Of a DNA stretch of 64,000 nt, positions 53,005 through 61,823 are shown piece after piece. The stretch lies in contig JAUCBJ010006329.1 in the NCBI GenBank assembly GCA_032718475.1, forward strand, positions 168,144 through 232,143. The letters are read 5' to 3'. Position numbers and translations under genes: made by a program. This DNA is from Nemertoderma westbladi. Taxonomy: Eukaryota > Animalia > Xenacoelomorpha. The notes beneath the pieces are model-generated. The model was not told the DNA's origin. It worked only from the letters and a program-made list of their open reading frames with translations, and searched no databases. The number at the start of each line of letters is the position of its first letter. Position 1 is the first letter of the stretch.

Positions 53005-56000
53005 ATAACTTTAACTCCAGCCACTTTAGCAATACGATGAAACTATACTAAATATTCTAGAACACAACAATATTAACATGGAGATAGGCTATTTATCTCT
53101 CCACTCAGACAGCCACAGATAGGGAGGCGTGTTTTGACACAATCAAAATTCAACCATCTCCAGGGGAAGACGAAGCAAATAACAGCTGATAACTTCTATA
53201 AATGTAAGTGTTACCTGTTTTTTGACTTTCGTTTAAGATTCTTTATCTTGTGGACTGGGATAGAAGTCATGAATATGAAAATCGATGTCGTTTTTTGTAA
53301 AAAATCGGGGGAGATTTTGATAAATTATTGCAGAAAAACACCAAGGATTTTGACATGGCTTTAATACTTCATTATGTTCATGAAAAAAACTGAGATATTT
53401 GAGGTGAGTTATTGTATTACATATTAACTTCGGCTCCAGCCGGTTTGGTAATACGATTAAACTATAATAAATATTCTAGAACGCAACAATATTAACAGGG
53501 AGATAGGCTACTTATCTCTTCACTCTGAGAGCCTCAAGAACGGGGTGTTCCGACGCAATACAATTTCATCCATCTCCATGGGAAAGACGAAGCAAAGAAC
53601 AGCTGATTACTTCTATAACTGAAAGTGTTACCTGTTCTTATGACTTTCATTTAAGATTCGTTATTTTTGCAGTGGGTTAGAAGACATGAATATGAAAAAC
53701 GATGTCGTTTTTTGTAAAAAATCTGAGGATATTTTGATAAATTATTGCTGAAAAACCCCAAGGATTTTGACATGGCTTTAATACTTCATTATGTTCATGA
53801 AAAAACTGAAATATTTGAGGTGAATTATGCATTACATAATAACTTTAACTGCAGCCACATTAGCAATACGATGAAACTATAATAAATATTCTAGAACACA
53901 ACAATATTAACAGGGAGATAGGCTACTTATCTCTCCACTCTGAGAGCCTCAAAAAGGGGGTGTTCCGACGCTATCAAAATTCATCCATCTCCTGGGGAAA
54001 GACGAAGCAAAGAACAGCTGATTACTTCTATAAATAAAAGTGTTACCTGCTCCTTTGACTTTCATTTTAGATTCTTTATCTTTTGGAGTGGGTTAAAAGT
54101 CATGAATATGAAAAACGATGTCTTTTTTTGTAAAAAATCTGAGGATATTTTGATAAATTATTGCTGAAAAACCCCAAGGATTTTGACATGGCTTTAATAC
54201 TTCATTATGTTCATGAAAAAACTGAGATATTTGAGGTGAATTATTGCATTACATAATAACTTTAACTCCAGCCACTTTAGCAATACGATGAAACTATACT
54301 AAATATTCTAGAACACAACAATATTAACATGGAGATAGGCTATTTATCTCTCCACTCAGACAGCCACAGATAGGGAGGCGTGTTTTGACACAATCAAAAT
54401 TCAACCATCACCAGGGGAAGACGAAGCAAATAACAGCTGATAACTTCTATAAATGTAAGTGTTACCTGTTTTTTGACTTTCGTTTAAGATTCTTTATCTT
54501 GTGGACTGGGATAGAAGTTATGAATATGAAAATCGATGTCGTTTTTTGTAAAAAATCGGAGGAGATTTTGATAAATTATTGCTGAAAAACACCAAGGATT
54601 TTGACATGGCTTTAATACTTCATTATGTTCATGAAAAAACTGAGATATTTGAGGTGAGTTATTGTATTACATATTAACTTCGGCTCCAGGCGCTTTGGCA
54701 ATACGATGAAACTATAATATATATTCTAGAACACAACAATACTAACAGGGAGATAGGCTACTTATCTCATCACTATGAGAGCCTCAAAAAGGGGGTGTTC
54801 CGACGCAATCAAAATTCATCCATCTCCAGGGGAAAGACGAAGCAAATAATAGCTGATTACTTCTATAAATGTAAGTGTTACCTGTTCTTTTGACTTTCAT
54901 TTAAGATTATTTATCTTGTGGAGTGGGTTAGAAGTCATGAATAAGAAAATCGATTTCGTTTTTTGTAAAAAATCTGAGGATATTTTGATAAATTATTGCT
55001 GAAAAACCCAAAGGATTTTGACATGGCTTTAATACTCATTATATTCATGAAATAGCTGAGATATTTGAGGTGAATTATTGCGTTACATATTAACTTTGGC
55101 TCCAGCCGCTTTGGCAATACGATGAAACTATAATAAAAATTCTAGATCACAACAATACTAACAGGGAGATAGGCTACTTATCTCTTCACTATGAGAGCCT
55201 CAAAAAGGGGGTGTTCCGACGCAATCAAAATTCATCCATCTCCAGGGGAAAGACGAAGCAAATAACAGCTGATTACTTCTATAAATGTAAGTGTTACCAG
55301 TTCTTTTGACTTTCATTTAAGATTCTTTATCTTGTGGAGTGGAATAGAAATCATGAATAAGAAAATCGATTTCGTTTTTTGTAAAAAATCTGAGGATATT
55401 TTGATAAATTATTGCTGAAAAACCCCAAGGATTTTGACATGGCTTTGATACTTCATTATTTTTCATGAAAATCTGAGATATTTGAGGTGAATTATTGCAT
55501 TACATAATAACTTTAACTGCAGCCACATTAGCAATACGATGAAACTATAATAAATATTCTAGAACACAACAATATTAACAGGGAGATAGGCTACTTATCT
55601 CTCCACTCTGAGAGCCTGAAAAAAGGGGGTGTTCCGACGCTATCAAAATTAATCCATCTCCTGGGGAAAGACGAAGCAAAGAACAGCTGATTACTTCTAT
55701 AAATGAAAGTGTTACCTGTTCTTTTGACATTCATTTAAGATTCACTATCTCATGGAGTGGGTTAGAAGTTATAAATATAAAAATCGATGTGGTTTTTTAA
55801 AAAAAATCAGAGGATATTTTGATTAATTATTGATGAAAAACACCAAGGATTTTGACATGGCTTTAATACTTCATTATGTTCATGAAATATCTGAGATATT
55901 TGAGGTGAATTATTGCATTACATATTAACTTTGGCTCCAGCCGCTTTGGCAATACGATGAAAATATAATAAATATTCTAGAACACAACAATATTAACAGG

Positions 56001-57180
56001 GAGATAGGCTACTTATCTCTCCACTCTGAGAGCCTCAAAAAGGGGGTGTTCCGACGCAATCAAATTTCATCCATCTCCAGGGGAAAGACGAAGCAAAGAA
56101 TAGCTGATTTCTTCTATAAATGAAAGTGTTACCTGCTCTTTTGACTTTCATTTAAGATTCGCTATCTCATGGAGTGGGTTAGAAGTTATAAATATAAAAA
56201 TTGATGTGGTTTTTGAAAAAAATCAAGGATATTTTGATAAATTATTGCTGAAAAACCCCACGGATTTTGACAGGGCTTTAATACTTCATTATGTTCATGA
56301 AATAGCTGAGATATTTGAGGTGAATTATTGCGTTACATATTAACTTTGGCTCCAGCCGCTTTGGCAATACGATGAAACTATACTAAATATTCTAGAACAC
56401 AACAATATTAACAGGGAGATAGGCTACTTATCTCTCCACTCTGAGAGCCTGAAAAAAGGGGGTGTTCCGACGCTATCAAAATTAATCCATCTCCTGGGGA
56501 AAGACGAAGCAAAGAACAGCTGATTACTTCTATAAATGAAAGTGTTACCTGTTCTTTTGACATTCATTTAAGATTCACTATCTCATGGAGTGGGTTAGAA
56601 GTTATAAATATAAAAATCGATGTGGTTTTTTAAAAAAAATCGGAGGAGATTTTGATAAATTATTGCAGAAAAACACCAAGGATTTTGACATGGCTTTAAT
56701 ACTTCATTATGTTCATGAAATAGCTGAGATATTTGAGGTGAATTATTGCATTACATAATAACTTTAACTGCAGCCACATTAGCAATACGATGAAACTATA
56801 ATAAATATTCTAGAACACAACAATATTAACAGGGAGATAGGCTACTTATCTCTCCACTCTGAGTGCCTCAAAAAGGGGGTGTTCCGACGCTATCAAAATT
56901 TATCCATCTCCTGGGGAAAGACGAAGCAAAGAACAGCTGATTACTTCTATAAATGAAAGTGTTACCTGCTCTTTTGACATTCATTTAAGATTCTTTATCT
57001 TTTGCAGTGGGTTAGAAGTCATGAAAATGAAAAACGATGTCGTTTTTTTGTAAAAAATCTGAGGATATTTTGATAAATTATTGCTGAAAAACCCCAAGGA
57101 TTTTGACATGGCTTTAATACTTCATTATGTTCATGAAAAAACTGAGATATTTGAGGTGAATTATTGCATTACATAATAAC
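53005..57180. repeat. ~415-bp satellite, segment 5 (10 monomers)
   Basis: Head-to-tail monomers between solo LTR copies 2 and 3. Confidence 0.97.
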
Positions 57181-57736
57181 TGTGACGGGATCCACAGAGG
57201 ATCCCGATTTATCCGGTATTCAATTCACGCGTCGCGTCCCCGCCGTGTGTGTGTAAAAGGTAAAGAGTTATTGTTCGCTGTATAAAGTTCTCAGGTATAA
57301 TAGTATAGTTGCATAAGTTCAATAGATAATGGTATAAATGAGGTAATAATATACAATGATGAAGTCTCAGATACGGTAGGTACGACGACGGTAATTGAAG
57401 TACCGGTTCTACCCTAGCTAAACCGACCAACACAATGAGATAAATGAGATAACTGATTACTGTAAACTGGTTATATTGCACGGGTTGGCCTTGTTACTGT
57501 ACCTAGCCGGTGCCTCCCTCCCATTGGCTAATATCCCTGTTGGCGCCCTTTGGAGTGTTTCCCTTCACTCAAGCTACTCTCTCTCGGTCAGGGGTGTGGC
57601 CCCTGACCCTTATTGTGTGTTTCTCCTTCCCATTTTATTGGGGTGGCACGAGATTGGGTAATCAACCTCGTGGCCCCCAATATTGCTTAACGGCTTACTT
57701 TATGGGTTTGTGTTAGCGGAATTGAATAAGCTAACA
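57181..57736 (-). mobile_element. Solo LTR copy 3 (556 bp, TSD ATAAC)
   Basis: About five substitutions versus copy 2; same TSD and flanks. Confidence 0.92.
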
Positions 57737-60700
57737 ATAACTTTAACTCCAGCCACTTTAGCAATACGATGAAACTATACTAAATATTCTAGAACACAAC
57801 AATATTAACATGGAGATAGGCTATTTATCTCTCCACTCAGACAGCCACAGATAGGGAGGCGTGTTTTGACACAATCAAAATTCAACCATCTCCAGGGGAA
57901 GACGAAGCAAATAACAGCTGATAACTTCTATAAATGTAAGTGTTACCTGTTTTTTGACTTTCGTTTAAGATTCTTTATCTTGTGGACTGGGATAGAAGTC
58001 ATGAATATGAAAATCGATGTCGTTTTTTGTAAAAAATCGGGGGAGATTTTGATAAATTATTGCAGAAAAACACCAAGGATTTTGACATGGCTTTAATACT
58101 TCATTATGTTCATGAAAAAACTGAGATATTTGAGGTGAGTTATTGTATTACATATTAACTTCGGCTCCAGCCGGTTTGGTAATACGATTAAACTATAATA
58201 AATATTCTAGAACGCAACAATATTAACAGGGAGATAGGCTACTTATCTCTTCACTCTGAGAGCCTCAAGAACGGGGTGTTCCGACGCAATCAAATTTCAT
58301 CCATCTCCATGGGAAAGACGAAGCAAAGAACAGCTGATTACTTCTATAACTGAAAGTGTTACCTGTTCTTATGACTTTCGTTTAAGATTCTCTATCTTGT
58401 GGAGTGGATTAGAAGTTATAAATATGAAAATCGTTGTGGTTTTTGAAAAAAATCAAAGGATATTTTGATTAATTATTGCTGAAAAACACCAAGGATTTTG
58501 ACATGGCTTTAATACTTCATTATGTTCATGAAATAGCTGAGATATTTGAGGTGAATTATTGCATTACATAATAACTTTAACTGCAGCCACATTAGCAATA
58601 CGATGAAACTATAATAAATATTCTAGAACACAACAATATTAACAGGGAGATAGGCTACTTATCTCTCCACTCTGAGAGCCTCAAAAAGGGGGTGTTCCGA
58701 CGCTATCAAAATTCATCCATCTCCTGGGGAAAGACGAAGCAAAGAACAGCTGATTACTTCTATAAATGAAAGTGTTACCTGCTCCTTTGACTTTCATTTA
58801 AGATTCGTTATCTTTTGCAGTGGGTTAGAAGACATGAATATGAAAAACGATGTCGTTTTTTGTAAAAAATCTGAGGATATTTTGATAAATTATTGCTGAA
58901 AAACCCCAAGGATTTTGACATGGCTTTAATACTTCATTATGTTCATGAAAAAACTGAAATATTTGAGGTGAATTATGCATTACATAATAACTTTAACTGC
59001 AGCCACATTAGCAATACGATGAAACTATAATAAATATTCTAGAACACAACAATATTAACAGGGAGATAGGCTACTTATCTCTCCACTCTGAGAGCCTCAA
59101 AAAGGGGGTGTTCCGACGCTATCAAAATTCATCCATCTCCTGGGGAAAGACGAAGCAAAGAACAGCTGATTACTTCTATAAATAAAAGTGTTACCTGCTC
59201 CTTTGACTTTCATTTAAGATTCTTTATCTTTTGGAGTGGGTTAGAAGTCATGAATATGAAAAACGATGTCTTTTTTTGTAAAAAATCTGAGGATATTTTG
59301 ATAAATTATTGCTGAAAAACCCCAAGGATTTTGACATGGCTTTAATACTTCATTATGTTCATGAAAAAACTGAGATATTTGAGGTGAATTATTGCATTAC
59401 ATAATAACTTTAACTCCAGCCACTTTAGCAATACGATGAAACTATACTAAATATTCTAGAACACAACAATATTAACATGGAGATAGGCTATTTATCTCTC
59501 CACTCAGACAGCCACAGATAGGGAGGCGTGTTTTGACACAATCAAAATTCAACCATCTCCAGGGGAAGACGAAGCAAATAACAGCTGATAACTTCTATAA
59601 ATGTAAGTGTTACCTGTTTTTTGACTTTCGTTTAAGATTCTTTATCTTGTGGACTGGGATAGAAGTTATGAATATGAAAATCGATGTCGTTTTTTGTAAA
59701 AAATCGGAGGAGATTTTGATAAATTATTGCTGAAAAACACCAAGGATTTTGACATGGCTTTAATACTTCATTATGTTCATGAAAAAACTGAGATATTTGA
59801 GGTGAGTTATTGTATTACATATTAACTTCGGCTCCAGGCGCTTTGGCAATACGATGAAACTATAATATATATTCTAGAACACAACAATACTAACAGGGAG
59901 ATAGGCTACTTATCTCTTCACTATGAGAGCCTCAAAAAGGGGGTGTTCCGACGCAATCAAAATTCATCCATCTCCAGGGGAAAGACGAAGCAAATAATAG
60001 CTGATTACTTCTATAAATGTAAGTGTTACCTGTTCTTTTGACTTTCATTTAAGATTCTTTATCTTGTGGAGTGGGTTAGAAGTCATGAATAAGAAAATCG
60101 ATTTCGTTTTTTGTAAAAAATCTGAGGATATTTTGATAAATTATTGCTGAAAAACCCAAAGGATTTTGACATGGCTTTAATACTCATTATATTCATGAAA
60201 TAGCTGAGATATTTGAGGTGAATTATTGCGTTACATATTAACTTTGGCTCCAGCCGCTTTGGCAATACGATGAAACTATAATAAAAATTCTAGATCACAA
60301 CAATATTAACAGGGAGATAGGCTACTTATCTCTTCACTCTGAGAGCCTCAAAAACGGGGTGTTCCTACGCAATCAAATTTCATCCATCTCCAGGGGAAAG
60401 ACGAAGCAAAGAACAGCTGATTACTTCTATAAATGTAAGTGTTACCTGTTCTTTTGACTTTCATTTAAGATTCGCTATCTCGTGGAGTGGATTAGAAGTT
60501 ATAAATATGAAAATCGATGTGGTTTTTGAAAAAAATCAGAGGATATTTTGATAAATTATTGCTGAAAAACCCCAAGGATTTTGACATGGCTTTAATACTT
60601 CATTATATTCATGAAATAGCTGAGATATTAGAGGTGAATTATTGTATCACATATTAACTTCGGCTCCAGGCGCTTTGGCAATACGATGAAACTATAATAT

Positions 60701-61206
60701 ATATTCTAGAACACAACAATACTAACAGGGAGATAGGCTACTTATCTCTTCACTATGAGAGCCTCAAAAAGGGGGTGTTCCGACGCAATCAAAATTCATC
60801 CATCTCCAGGGGAAAGACGAAGCAAATAATAGCTGATTACTTCTATAAATGTAAGTGTTGTGTTACCTGTTCTTTTGACTTTCATTTAAGATTCTTTATC
60901 TTGTGGAGTGGGTTAGAAGTCATGAATAAGAAAATCGATTTCGTTTTTTGTAAAAAATCTGAGGATATTTTGATAAATTATTGCTGAAAAACCCCAAGGA
61001 TTTTGACATGGCTTTAATACTTCATTATGTTCATGAAATAGCTGAGATATTTGAGGTGAATTATTGCATTACATATTAACTTTGAGCTCCAGCCGCTTTG
61101 GCAATACGATGAAACTATAATAAATATTCTAGAACACAACAATATTAACAGGGAGATAGGCTACTTATCTCTTCACTCTGAGAGCCTCAAAAAGGGGGTG
61201 TTCCGA
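57737..61206. repeat. ~415-bp satellite, segment 6
   Basis: Ends mid-monomer at GGGGGTGTTCCGA where the LTR element begins. Confidence 0.97.
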
Positions 61207-61743
61207 TGTTAGCTTATTCAATCCCGCCAACACCCCATAAAGTTATTAGCCGATAAGCAATATTGGGAGCCGCGAGATTGGGTAATTAACCAACTCGCGC
61301 CATCCCAATAAGAATGGGAAGGAAGCACACAATAGAGGGTCAGGGGCCAAACCCCTAACCCAAGGAGAACAGGTGGAGTTAACGGGAATACTCCACGGGG
61401 CGCCAACAAGGGTATTAACCAATCAGAGGGGGGAACGGCATCGATTGAGTAGCAGTAAGGCCACCGTGCAATATAACCAATAACCTATTAATCAGTGATT
61501 CAGTTATCTCAAGTGCAGCAGTGCTAGCGTAGGGTACAGCCAATTAGTTTAGTTAGGGGATCACGGGACTTTAGTTACCGTATCCCGCCTTGTACACATT
61601 CACAATATCTATATCTTATAACTTCCTATTATACACCGAACTTCAGAACTCAGTCACTTTATTTCATCCTTATACACGGCGGGGACGCGTGGACTAAATT
61701 ACCACAACCGGATAAATCGGGATCCCTCTTGGATCCCGTCACA
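61207..61743 (+). repeat. 5' LTR (537 bp)
   Basis: Reads TGTTAGCTTATTCAAT...GGATCCCGTCACA. Both ends match the reverse complement of the TSD-delimited solo LTRs; the interior is clearly diverged. Confidence 0.9.
61417..61505 (+). promoter_or_regulatory. Putative LTR Pol II promoter (CCAAT, TATA-like, Inr)
   Basis: AACCAATC at 61417, TATAA at 61472-61476 and TCAGTT at 61500-61505 (A is 30 nt from the TATA). CCAAT, GCAATATAACC and TCAGTTATC are also retained in the diverged solo LTRs. Confidence 0.5.
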
Positions 61744-61823
61744 GTAACTAAAACCGAGCTGCCGCCCCTAGTTAAACTCAAAGAACTCCACCCTAGCTAG
61801 TCGAACTCCACCGAGCAAACGAG

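Noticed and set aside
46835-57716. 61-90 aa ORFs inside the solo LTRs
   Set aside because: They lie wholly within TG...CA LTRs, overlap on both strands and recur only because the LTR was duplicated.
4837-60987. Dozens of 60-78 aa ORFs (MPKRLEPK..., MTQS..., MGCSDA...)
   Set aside because: They are translations of the satellite monomer, mostly from non-ATG starts, and open or close with 1-bp indels; no domain is recognisable.
4163-61206. CRISPR array or tandem RNA-gene (5S, tRNA, snRNA, SL) cluster
   Set aside because: There are no unique spacers or cas genes and the context is eukaryotic. No A/B boxes, cloverleaf or recognisable rRNA/snRNA sequence was seen. An Rfam search would be decisive.
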